The translations under genes were made by a program, and so were the position numbers. DNA of 61,282 bases, taken from positions 1-61,282 of the forward strand of contig NIVC01000285.1 in assembly GCA_002269645.1 (NCBI GenBank), given 5' to 3'. Position 1 is the stretch's first letter; every line of letters begins with the position of its first letter. The stretch is from Macrostomum lignano. Its lineage: Eukaryota. The notes under the pieces were generated by a model. It ran no database searches, was not told the origin of the DNA, and saw only the letters and a program-made list of their open reading frames with translations. Positions 49,655-60,899 of the stretch are shown piece by piece.

Positions 49655-49925
49655 GGGGCTGTATCCTATAGTGGTCTAGCGTGGCGCTTTCGTGTGCCAG
49701 CGGTCCAGACTCGATTCCAAGTGCAGTCACATAATTTGGGGCTGAATTGGAATTTAGGCTTGGCTCTGCTCTTGCAATTAACGCCCAGCTTGAGACCCAA
49801 CCCCCAAGGCAAGGTGAAGTGTAAATGCCTAACGATAATTATCAAGTTAGGGCCGCTGTACACTCCTGTGTGAGTGTGTGCCTGTGCTTATGACTGCGTA
49901 CGTATCTACTCTTGTGTGACAATGT
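49655..49925 (+). mobile_element. tRNA-derived SINE-like repeat, family B, copy 1
   Basis: A-box-like TAGTGGTCTAGCG (49669), B-box-like GACTCGATTCC (49708); body homologous to 52481-52770 and partly to 59740-59810. Confidence 0.7.
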
Positions 49926-50779
49926 ACATGCACTATGTACTGTATAATGTGCAACCAAGACTTCGTACCAAGACAAAATGTTCCATTTTCAGCTGGTAAA
50001 GGCTTTGCCTAGTAGAAAGTGTTAAAGTGGCCCGAGATGGCCAGCCCTGCTGATTACGCCAATAGAAACGGAATCTGATAGTTTTAGGCTTCAAGGGTCT
50101 ATAGCTATAGCTGAATTTTTGTCGTTGTGTACTCGTATTATCACCAAAGTTCACAGATTTTGTTTGTCTGAAGTGATAATATCGAGAAATTTAACGTGTT
50201 GCTTTGTAGCTACTTCAGATCGCACACTTTTATGTAAGGTGTGCTATAATAGAAGCTTTCGTGACAGCGCTATCGACTAAAACATTATTCTGGATATTCT
50301 GAGGCTAAAGTCTTGCCTGGGGCGTGTAAAAAAAGATTTGTTTTGTTAATAGGTGGCGACGCGGCCCAGCCCTGTATGTTTCACACGTTAAAGTGTATTA
50401 TTTACCAGTAGCTTCAATCGTTGAGTTCTACTTTAGTCAGTGTTGTGTTTTAATTTTTGTTTATATCGTTCATCAATTGTTGTCTACGCGGGATTGAGTT
50501 TATTTCTAAATTTGTTTAAAACGATTTGGTTAGGGAATAAATAAGGAACATGTTCATTTGTGCCAGCCAATCTGAAATAGGAATGAGTTTACGATTTATA
50601 TGAAAGGTTCCACTTGAAAAAAAAATAAAAATGAAGTCTTTTTCTTTTAAAGTCTTTAGTTAAACAAATTAATCTTTCTCTTTATTCATTCCCTTTTCTA
50701 GTTAGAAATATATACGCTCGTATTTAAATTCGACACCGAGGCTAGTTTAACTTTCAACACTCAATTTTTAATTCCTATA

Positions 50780-51436
50780 TACTCAGCAACAGCTAACCCC
50801 CCCCCCCCAACCCCCCCCCAACTCACGCTGTCACACGGCCCAAAAGTTTTGTATGCCATCGGTGACTCAGAAATGTGTGAAGGCTGCCGCCGCCAGACGC
50901 GAGCGCAAAGTGCGGCATGGGGGATTTGGGGAGGGGGTGGCGCAACTCAACCCACTGCATTGCGCAATGGTAAACCATCAGAGCTACAGCTACAGCAGCA
51001 GTTTCTGCCATTTGCTACGACAACCTTTGGCGGCCCGCAGAACTGCATTCTTCAAGACGACAACGCTGCGCCACATCGAGCAGCACACGTGCAGCTGCTG
51101 AAGGAGCAGCTCGGCATTCGCACATTGAACTGGCCGTCAAAGTCTCCAGACATGAACCCCATCGAGCATGTCTGGGACTTTGTAAAGCGAAGAGTTCAGC
51201 AGGATGCCCCACAGAATGCTGAACAGTTGCGACTGGCGGTGCTGAATGCCTGGCAGCAGCTGCCCCAAGAGTTCATCAACCGGCTGGTGATCAGGATGCC
51301 ACGACGAGTCACGGCACTTTTGCATGCTCGTGGTTCCTACACACGATACTGAGACTAGAATTAAAGACATTGCTTAACTTTTGTGCCCGTGTGACAGCGT
51401 GAGTTGGGGGGGGGGGGGTTTAGCTGTTGCTGAGTA
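50780..51436 (+). mobile_element. Internally deleted Tc1/mariner (DD34E) DNA transposon
   Basis: TIRs 50780-50848 and 51376-51436 (TACTCAGCAACAGCTAA-polyC-AACTCACGCTGTCACACGG), flanked by TA. The ORF retains ILQDDNAAPH...WPSKSPDMNPIEHVW with 34 residues between D and E, and C-terminal YTRY*. The HTH region and first Asp are absent. Confidence 0.93.
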
Positions 51437-52149
51437 TATTGAAGCAGGGGTAAAAATAGATTATTGTAGCTGTTTCTGGTTCTCTACAAGCTAATAGGTT
51501 TTAGCTACAAAAATGTCGAGTCAGAAAGCATTCAGCAGTTACGAGCTAGGCTAGATAAATGTATACAATTATACCTATATAAAAAAATAAAAAATAGAGA
51601 AAAAGTTCGCTCGATCCGAACCTTGTGGCAATATAGCGATATAGAATTCGATAGTAAAAATTTGATCTTTTCAGAAAAAAGATTAAAAAAGAAAAATATT
51701 TAGAAATTCGAGGATTCCAGTGGAAGGAATAGAAAAATAACAAACAATTAATATCTCGTAGTACGGATAGTTAGCTTTAGCTGAAAAAACACTTGTACGC
51801 AAATTAAAGTAATTCGGTAACATGATGCAAATTAAAAAAGATATTAAATCAGGACACTTATCTGCGCTGGTGGGTAGTCTTCCATTTGATTTTGACCTTG
51901 ATGGCCACACAGTATACATGACACACGTAAAATTATTTTTTTTTCAGGTCAACTCTTATTTGTCAAGAGTGCACATTCTATAAGTCAGCAGTTACTTATT
52001 TAAAAAAATATACAATGTATGCATATTTTGTGTGAAAAATCACGCAAAATGTTTTGAAGCTAATTTCCAGATGACATTGAGATCTAGCGTTGATTTGCTA
52101 GTTTTCAAGGTCGTTTCAAGGCCAAGCCCAAACAAGGGGTAACCCAGTA

Positions 52150-52770
52150 GGGGAGCTAGTGTGTAAGTCCAGTGGTCCAGCGCAGCGGACCAGCGGCCTC
52201 TTGGCCGTACACCGTTTAACTCTCTGACCCTCAAGTGTACAATGCCCGCCCCCGTCACTCCAGAGCCAATCAGCTTGCACGCTTCTTGTTTATCAGGCGC
52301 AACTCCACCTCTCGCGAATATCGATTTCTAAATACATGTATATATGTTGGCGCTCAAGGCAGTGCAGTGGCCAAGCCTCTTACCTTTAAAGTAAATCTAC
52401 ATTGGCGTCGCAAGCAGGATTGGCTCCAGAGTGACGGGGGCAGGCACTGCACACTTGAGGGTCAAACGGTGTACGGCCAACACGGCCCAGGCTCGATTCC
52501 AAGTGCAGTCACATTAATTTTGGGGCTAAATTGGAATCTCGGCTGGGCTCTCTGCTCGTGCAATTAACGCCATTAAGGGCCAACCCCTAAAGCACAGTGC
52601 AGAAGTGTACATGCCTAACGATAAATAAAGTCAGGGCCACTGGACTGTACACTCCTGTGTGAGTGTGTGCCTGTGAGTATGACTGTGTGCGCATCCGCGC
52701 GCTTGTGTGCCTGCTCAAGGGAGTTGGCGGAATGGGCAGCAATGCCTCTCGCCGGTTGTGTGACAATGTC
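52150..52770 (+). mobile_element. SINE family B copy 2, interrupted by a MITE-like insert
   Basis: A-box half AGTGGTCCAGCG...CCAGCGG at 52171-52197; B-box GCTCGATTCC and body resume at 52491. Confidence 0.65.
52201..52480. mobile_element. MITE-like element with 63-71-bp imperfect terminal inverted repeats
   Basis: Left arm 52201-52271 and right arm 52418-52480 are reverse complements (TTGGCCGTACACCGTTT... / ...AAACGGTGTACGGCCAA) with one 8-nt indel and about 5 mismatches; no perfect TSD seen. Confidence 0.65.
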
Positions 52771-53186
52771 GCTTACAGCCCCCTGCTTCGAATGCAAAAC
52801 CCCTATTGAGCCAACCCACCTCACGTCTTTTATAATTGGATTAGTTCTCTTGTACTTGTAAACATGAACGCACAGAGCAAGCATCTGTAATTTACGAACT
52901 ACTCGCACATTAAAACATAATTGTTATAAAATGTAACAAAACTACAAGTCCGAAAAGTACGTGGACAAATCACTGCCAACAACTCAGCTGAAAAGAGGAA
53001 GACTACCAAAAATCAGATTTTGCATGAAGCCGGCTTTTGTTGCAATAAAGCAGTATCGTATCAATTTTTCAACTTTTTTACCCGATTCTTCTTAGTACCT
53101 CTGCTACTTGTATTTTCTCATGATGTCCGTAGTTTTTGGTAGTCCTTGGTCCCGATTAGTTTTAGTTATCCACGGTCTCACGAATT

Positions 53187-56100
53187 TCAAGCGGCCTCAG
53201 CGACGTCCAGAAGCTGCATGACGAACTCCTGATAGTTGATCATACCGTCAAAGTCCATGTCAAACTCGGACAGCAGCAGGAACAGGTCGTCCTCGGACAG
53301 TCGGTAGCCGCAACGGCCGACAATTTTTCGCAGCTCGTGAACCGACAGGCGACCGACTTTTTCAACATCGTATTTCCGAAAGGCCAACAGGAGACTTTTC
53401 CACTCGAAGAGCAGCTGGAAAGAGATGAGGAAACAAAATCTAGCCAAAGAACTCAAGACTTCGTGGGTGCTTATAAAGTGGGGGTTGCAGCCTAGTGGTT
53501 AAAGCGTTGGACTTATGACTTGAAGGTCGGGGGTTCGATTCTCGACCCACTAGGAACAGATGATGCCATTGAGCCAGGACACTTAACTGTGCATTGCTTC
53601 AGTTCACCCAGCTGTAAAATGGGTGCCAGCATTGACTGGGGTAATTGAGGCTGTGCGGCGACCCCCACCCCAGTCCTTGGACTGAACAGCCGTACGCAGC
53701 CTTCAGATGCGCCGCGCAATAGCTGCGGCTGAGCTGTCGGTTGCACAACTGCCCATTAAGGCAGGTGTAATCAACTATTATTAATTTGTAAATTAGGGGT
53801 TGGCCCTGACGGGCGTGAACAACTAATTCCCTGCAAACTTCTAATTGCATCATAGTCCCAAATCGAACCTTCTCTCGAATGCGATCCATTATCTCGGAAA
53901 TTTGAATTCTGGCGCCCTGTTTCTGAAATTAATAACGATAATGAAACTAATTAGAATCACGCGCCGACCAAAATTATGATCGCTTAAATAATCTCTCAGA
54001 TCGTCACTGACCTTATCCGTTACAGTTCGTGCCAATTCGGCAGTCTTGCTTAGCGGCTTGGCCGACTGGCTTACAAATCGTTTTAAAAAGGCCATGTAGT
54101 TAAATCTGGAAACAATTAAACTTAAATTTAGCAACCTTTTTATCCAGTAGCTATGCTTGTAAATTAAAACAGCCGAATACACCAGTGGAAGATTTAAATA
54201 TGGAGACTTTGGATTTGAAGTTAAAAAAGATTTTTCCTGAAAAGACTGGGGAACCCCGGCTGGATAGAATAGAAAATCCCGGCTGGGCTGGATAGACTGG
54301 GGATCCCGGCTGGATAAACTGGGTAATCCCGGCTGGATAGACTGGGTAATCCCGGCTGGATTCCCAACTGGTGAATTCCGGCTGGATTCCCAACTGGGGA
54401 ATTCCGGCTGGATAGACTGGGTAATCCCGGCTGGATGGACTGGGTAATCCCGGCTAGATAGACTGGGAGAATCCCGGCTGGATAGGCTGGGTAATCCCGG
54501 CTGGATAGACTGGGTAATCCCGGCTAGATAGACTGGGAGAATCCCGGCAGGATAGACTTGGGAATCCCGGCTGGACAAACTGGAAGAATCCTGGCGGAAA
54601 AGACTGGGGAATCTCGGCTGATAGACTGGATAATCCCGGCTGGATAGACTGGGAGAATCCCGGCTGGATAGACTAGGAGAATCCCGGCAGGATAGACTTG
54701 GGAATCCCGGCTAGATTCCCAACTGGAATCCCGGTTGGGCTGGATAAACTGTGGAATCCCGGCTGGACAAACTGGAAGAATCCTGGCGGAAAAGACTGGG
54801 GAATCCCTGCTGGGCTGGATAGACTGGGGAATCCCTGCTGGGCTGGATAGACTGGGGAATCCCGGCTGGGCTGGATAGACTGGGGAATCCCTGCTGGGCT
54901 TGATGGACTGGGGAATCACAGCTAGATAGACTGGGGAATCTCGCCTGAAAAGACTGGGGAATCCCGCCTGAAAAGACTGGAGGATCCTGGCTGGACAGAC
55001 TGGGAAATCCCGTTTTAAGAAATTGAAGAAATTGCTTTAAGCGGCGAAAAGTCCAAAAGACTATGGGGAAATTCCATCGAATCAGTCATACCTTCCATTT
55101 CCACGTTTCTCAAACGCCCTGGACAGATTTTCGAGTTGCGCAGGATCCAGGGGCAGTTGATATTCGCGAGCCAGTTCCTGGAATATTTTTATGTGCTCAA
55201 GAGAGTTAATGGATGCAAAAGTTCAATTCTCACAATGGGAGGTCTCGGGTTCGATTCTGCAGACGTCTGAGCACTACTGTTGTATTAACTTACCGCAAAC
55301 TCAACTCGGTAGATGCACGAAGTGCCTTGAGGATCGAGGCGGCGCAATCTTAGCTTAATCTCATCCCAGTTGGCCACAATGCCTGGCCGGCTGAGTTCAA
55401 TCAGGGACTCCAGTTCGGCCTTGGTTAGAGACTCGCGCTTCGGTTGAGTCGGTTGCTGCTGCTGCTTCTGCTGCTCAGCTTCATCCTGATTGTCTGCTCT
55501 GATTTCACGAAGCTGGCGCAGCTTCATCACGCTTGGATCTGCGGTGTCCGCTGAATATTTATTGGATATGGGATAAAATACGATGGGGTGTAATAAAGTT
55601 GAATAGGATATAATGGGATATTATAGAACAGAATATAATATAATAGACTAGAATAGGATACAATAAGATAGAAGGATAGAATATGATAGAATGGAATAGG
55701 ACAGAATAGGAAAAAATAGGAAAAAATAGGATAGAATAGGATAGAATAGGATAGAATAGGATAGAATAGGATAGAATGGGATAGAATAGAATTGAATAGG
55801 ATAGAATAGGATAGAATAGGATAGAATAGGATAGAATGGGATAGAATAGGATAGAATGGAATAGAATGGAATTGAATGGAATATAATAGGATATAATGGA
55901 ATAGAATGGAAAAGAATGGAATATAATAGGATAGAATGGAATAGAATGGAATAAAATAGGATAGAGCGGAATAGAATGGAATAGAATGGAATAAAATAGG
56001 ATAGAATGGAATAGAATGGAATAGAATGGAATAGAATGGAATTGAATGGAATATAATAGGATATAATGGAATAGAATGGAATAAAATAGGATAGAGCGGA

Positions 56101-59100
56101 ATAGAATGGAATAGAATGGAATAAAATAGGATATAATGGGATATAATCAGTGAAGACTGACAGACGTACTGCTAAATGATTCATAGAAATAATTCATAGA
56201 CAGGAAATGTCGACAAAAACAGATAAACAGCCACAGACAGGAGTCAAATTACAGCACTCCATCAGTTTGAGAGGCCGGTCAGTGGCACCAGTGGAAAGAA
56301 AAAGCAAAACCATGACAAGCTTAAATGATACATGAGATTCAAATTTCCTATATAAGATTCGAGCAGATGTGCTCTATCTTTCTCTCTTTACCCCCCCTCC
56401 CTAAACTGATATCCCTTTGAGCAGGGATTATCATTCTCATCAACTGGCAAAGGCAGGGGAATGGTTTTGCCGACTCACACATCCGCCAGCTCCTATGAGC
56501 GCCGCGAAGCCTCTCCATCAAGGCCGCCTCCTGCAGTCCACCGGACATGAAGTGCCTCAGCATCTGCCTGTAACTCCACTGCCCGTCCGGGCTGGTGTCC
56601 AGAGTTGACCAGAGCGCCGACATCTCCTGCTCGGTGACACCCAGGCCGAGGCTGCGGGTTGAGAGAGGGAAGATGACGGGGTTTGGAGCCGAATCTATAT
56701 GAGATTGGAGCCGAATCTATATGAGATTGGAGCCGAATCTATATGAGATTGGAGCCGAATCTATATGAGATTGGAGCCGAATCTATATGAGATTGGAGCC
56801 GAATCTATATGAGATTGGAGCCGAATCTATATGAGAATAGAGCCGAATCTATATGAGATTAGAGCCGAATCTATATGAGATAAGAGCCGAATCTATATGA
56901 GATTGGAGCCGAATCTATATGAGATTAGAGCTGAATCTATATGAGAATAGAGCCGAATCTATATGAGAATAGAGCCGAATCTATATGAGATTAGAGCCGA
57001 ATCTATATGAGATTAGAGCCGAATCTATATGAGATAAGAGCCGAATCTATATGAGATTGGAGCCGAATCTATATGAGATTGGAGCCGAATCTATATGAGA
57101 TTGGAGCCGAATCTATATGAGATTGGAGCCGAATCTATATGAGACTGGAGTTGAATCTATATGAGATTGGAGTCGAATCTATATGAGATTAGAGCCGAAT
57201 CTATATGAGATTGGAGCTGAATCTATATGAGAATAGAGCCGAATCTATATGAGATTAGAGCCGAATCTATATGAGAATAGAGCCGAATCTATATGAGATT
57301 GGAGCCGAATCTATATGAGATTGGAGCCGAATCTATATGAGATTGGAGCCGAATCTATATGAGATTGGAGCCAAATCTATATGAAATTGGAGCCAAATCT
57401 ATATGAGATTGGAGCCGAATCTATATGAAATTGGAGCCGAATCTATATGAGATTGGAGTTGAATCTATATGAGATTGGAGCCAAATCTATATGAGATTGG
57501 AGCCGAATCTATATGAGATTGGAGCTGAATCTATACGAGAATCTTAAGGACCATAAATCTTACAATTTAGCTCTCATCGCTAACTGCATCACCAATAACT
57601 CACGCGTTAAGCAAGGACCGGAACTGCTTGCAGCTGATTCTGCCGGTATTGCGCCGGTCCATCTGCTTGTACAGCTTGTCCACCTGGTGGAAGTGAGCAG
57701 TCAGGGTGGCCTGAGTCATTCTGGCCAAGTCCAACAGGGATCTCTGCTGCTGCTGCTGCTCTCGCTTTGACTGCGAGTTCTTCTTTGTCTGGAACTTCAC
57801 CTCCTTGATTGCAGGAGTCGCGGAGTCAGCTGAAGGAGCAACTTCAAGCTGCTGCTTTTGCTGCTGCTGAGATGGCGGTTTCGGGCAGATCGGCTGCTTG
57901 GCCCACATTTTTGGTCTAGGAAAGTAAAAAATTCGAAAGTATACTTTAGTCCCGTTTTATATTCAGAAAACGGCGAATCCCGTATGTTTGATGGAAATCA
58001 CTGTTGATGATAATCAAGTTAAAGGGGGAATCCTAGCAGATGGAAAATCCATCCACTTTAAGAGGGAATCCCAGTAGCTAGAGATTCCATCCACTCGGAG
58101 GGGGAATCCCAGTAGATGGAGAATCCATCCAACTTTGAGAGGGAGTCCTAGCAGATAGAGAATCCGTCCACTTTTAGAGGGAGTCCTAGCAGATAGAGAA
58201 TCCGTCCACTTTTAGAGGGAGTCCTAGCAGATAGAGAATCCGTCCACTTTGAAAGGGAATCCCAGTAGATAGAGAATCCATCCACTTTGAGAAGGAATCC
58301 CAGTAAGATGGAGAATCTATCCACTCGGAGGGGGAACCCCAGTAGATAGAGAATCGATCCACTTTGAAAGGGAATCCCAGTAGATAGAGAATCCATCCAC
58401 TTTGAGAAGGAATCCCAGTAAGATGGAGAATCTATCCACTCGGAGGGGGAACCCCAGTAGATAGAGAATCGATCCACTTTGAAAGGGAATCTCAGTAGAT
58501 AGAGAATCCATCCGCTTTGAGAAGGAATCCCAGTAAGATGGAGAATCTATCCACTCGGAGGGGGAATCCCAGTAGATAGAGAATCGATCCACTTTGAAAG
58601 GGAATCCCAGTAGATAGAGAATCCATCCTCTTTGAGAAAAAATCCCAGTAAGATGGAGAATCTATCCAATTTGAAAGGAATCCCAGTAGATAGAGAATCC
58701 ATCCTCTTTGAGAAAAAATCCCAGTAAGATGGAGAATCTATCCAATTTGAAAGGAATCCCAGTAGATAGAGAATCCATCCTCTTTGAGAAAAAATCCCAG
58801 TAAGATGGAGAATCTATTCAATTTGAAAGGAATCCCAGTAGATAGAGAATCCATCCACTTTGAGAAGGAATCCCAGTAAGATGGAGAATCCATCCTCTTT
58901 GAGAAAAAATCCCAGTAAGATGGAGAATCTATTCAATTTGAAAGGAATCCCAGTAGATAGAGAATCCATCCACTTTGAGAAGGAATCCCAGTAAGATGGA
59001 GAATCCATCCTCTTTGAGAAAAAATCCCAGTAAGATGGAGAATCTATTCAATTTGAAAGGAATCCCAGTAGATAGAGAATCCATCCACTTTGAGAAGGAA

Positions 59101-59983
59101 TCCCAGTAAGATGGAGAATTTATCCACTCGGAGGGGGAATCCCAGTAAGATGGAGAATCTATCCACTTTGAGAGGGAATCCCAGCAGATGGAGAATCCAG
59201 TTAGAGGGGGCAACCCAGCAGATGGAGAATCCAGTTAGGGGAGGGAATCCCAGTAGATGGATATTAACTGAAACCCCAGTGGGCGGAGAATCCATCGGAC
59301 AAGGGAAATTCCAAAAAGTACAGATTGAAGTCGGGGCGATCTCCCAGATCTGCAGTGGCTCACGCGATGTGAAACTGCTCCAAGAACGGCATGTACTGCA
59401 CAGCGCCGTTTCGGCTTCTCGTCAGTCGGGCCAGGACGCTCGCCAGCTGGTGGGCGGGGACCTCCGCTCGGAGCACCCGGCCGACAATGGCTCGGAAGGC
59501 GTCCTCAGACACCAGGCCGGTCTTCTGTGGATCGTCGCGTCTGGAAGATCGATTAACCAGCTGCTTTTCTGAGTTAAAGCACAATCGGGATTTCCTCAAT
59601 TTTTCTTCAATCAAAATTTAAACAGGAATTCCATTGAGCCTAAATATAGTATGGAATTCTGTTCGATCTAAATTTAGCCTGGAATTCCCCTGAGACTTGA
59701 TATCGCGCGCGGCTACATTCAGTTGGGGCTTCACAGCCATGAGGGCCAACCCCCACCCCCCCCAAGGCACAGAGAGTGTGCATGCCTGACCGATGAGAAA
59801 GTCAGGGCTGCTCCCCAGCACCCCAGAGACGGAGTTACAATCAGCTGATCGATATGAATGTCTTACGTAAATCCGAAATGCAGAAGCAGGTAGTCTCTGT
59901 GCAGAAACTGTAGAAGCCGCAATTCCATTTGGTAAGGCGACAAGTTCTGGCGCTTCAGAGGGCAATCTTGACCTTCGTCGAAC
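53187..59983 (-). CDS. Multi-EF-hand protein (EFCAB6-like); at least 9 exons, 5' end unresolved
   Basis: Phase-consistent GT-AG chain: 59983-59867, 59540-59364, 57915-57604, 56651-56479, 55550-55294, 55177-55092, 54105-54012, 53922-53869, 53414-53187 (about 498 codons; possible start ATG 59928). Repeated EF-hand pairs: FTRDDPQKTGLVS, MDRRNTGRIS, LDTSPDGQWSY, LDPQGTSCIY, FRKYDVEKVGRLS, FDMDFDGMINYQEF. The EFCAB6 assignment is from architecture only. Confidence 0.88.
53480..53720 (+). mobile_element. tRNA-headed SINE with a CORE-like (MIR-type) central domain
   Basis: A-box TAGTGGTTAAAGCG and B-box GGTTCGATTC (53532). TTGAGCCAGGACACTTAAC...TGCTTCAGTTCACCCAGCTGTAAAATGGG resembles the CORE consensus TTGGGCAAGTCACTTAAC...TGCCTCAGTTTCCTCATCTGTAAAATGGG. 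Antisense in the last intron of the EF-hand gene. Confidence 0.8.
54250..55010. repeat. About 23-bp degenerate minisatellite (GGGTAATCCCGGCTGGATAGACT)
   Basis: Fills the intron 55091-54106. Confidence 0.92.
55565..56150. repeat. Pentamer satellite (ATAGG/ATAGA/ATGGA)n
   Basis: Fills most of the intron 56478-55551. Confidence 0.93.
56685..57535. repeat. 22-bp minisatellite (GCCGAATCTATATGAGATTGGA)
   Basis: Period 22 (56701, 56723); about 38 copies; fills the intron 57603-56652. Confidence 0.97.
58025..59290. repeat. About 38-bp minisatellite with dimer/trimer higher-order units
   Basis: AATCCCAGTAGATAGAGAATCCATCCACTTTGAGAAGG-type monomers; fills the intron 59363-57916. Confidence 0.93.
59740..59810 (+). 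mobile_element. Partial relative of SINE family B (copy 3)
   Basis: AGGGCCAACCCC...AAGGCACAG..AGTGTGCATGCCTGAC...AAAGTCAGGGC aligns to copies 1 and 2. Confidence 0.5.
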
Positions 59984-60899
59984 CTGAAGTGTGAAAAAAA
60001 GTTGCGCGAAAAAACAATCAAAACAAAGTCAACGCATGCAGTCTGCTTCTGAACAGACTTGCAGCTTACGAACGACCTCAAAACATGGGCTCATTTCGAA
60101 AATTGGCTCATTTCTTAGTCCAGTGACTCTTCATTCGTTCCTTCAACTCGGGGATGTCTGGGTAGTTTAGCAAATGAGATGAAGTGAAGGCCAGATGAAT
60201 GTCAGGAAGGTCCGGGTGTTTACTTGCTAAGCCTAATACTCTTATCGAGTTCGGAGTCCACTTGGAACCTGTAGGCTCGCCCTCGCGAGTCAGCTCTCGG
60301 CTGATAAGGGACTTCACCCTCAATTTCCTTCTCACAGGGAAGCCACTTCCTATGGGCTTGGTTAGTAAAGTTGAATTCGTCGCAAAATTGAGTCTGTCAA
60401 TCACGGTATGCAGCCCAGAAGTGCAGATCACCGCCAGCAGCTCGCAGCCTGCACGGAAGCACGGCACTGCTTGCTGTTTACGGCCGGCGATGCTGCAAAA
60501 ACACACGACTTGCTTCGAGATTAATCACGACTTTTGGGGGCGGCTAAAATTTGAGCAGTTGCCGACGAGAAAAATTTAGTGGAAACGATAATTGAATTGC
60601 AAATAATGCTCTGGCCCGGACTAGCTTGGACAAAGGAAAATTAATTCTTTGATGGCTTGGACTGGTCCTTTGATGGGCAGGCCGCCTCACAGAGTTATCA
60701 TGCAATAACGGTAATTGGAAAATTTTCTAATTTTCTCCGTGGAGAATACCCCTGAGTAGAAATTCTCCTGGGAGAATTCATGCTTTGATGCTCTTAGGTA
60801 CGAGCTAGAAGTGATATTTTTTCTATACTAAAGCTCTTCAGAATACACGTCTCTGGTCCATGTTTGGTGATTGCTCCTGGTCTACATCGCAAAACTGTG

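Noticed and set aside
53480-53553. Functional tRNA gene
   Set aside because: A and B boxes are present but the anticodon stem (TTGGA/CTTGA) and acceptor stem pair poorly, and it continues into a SINE core.
55235-55260. Isolated B-box-like GGTTCGATTC
   Set aside because: No A box or tRNA fold; at most a tiny SINE relic.
59785-59806. Hammerhead ribozyme (CGATGAG...GAAA resemblance)
   Set aside because: Lacks the CUGAUGA core and a three-stem arrangement; it is only a simple hairpin.
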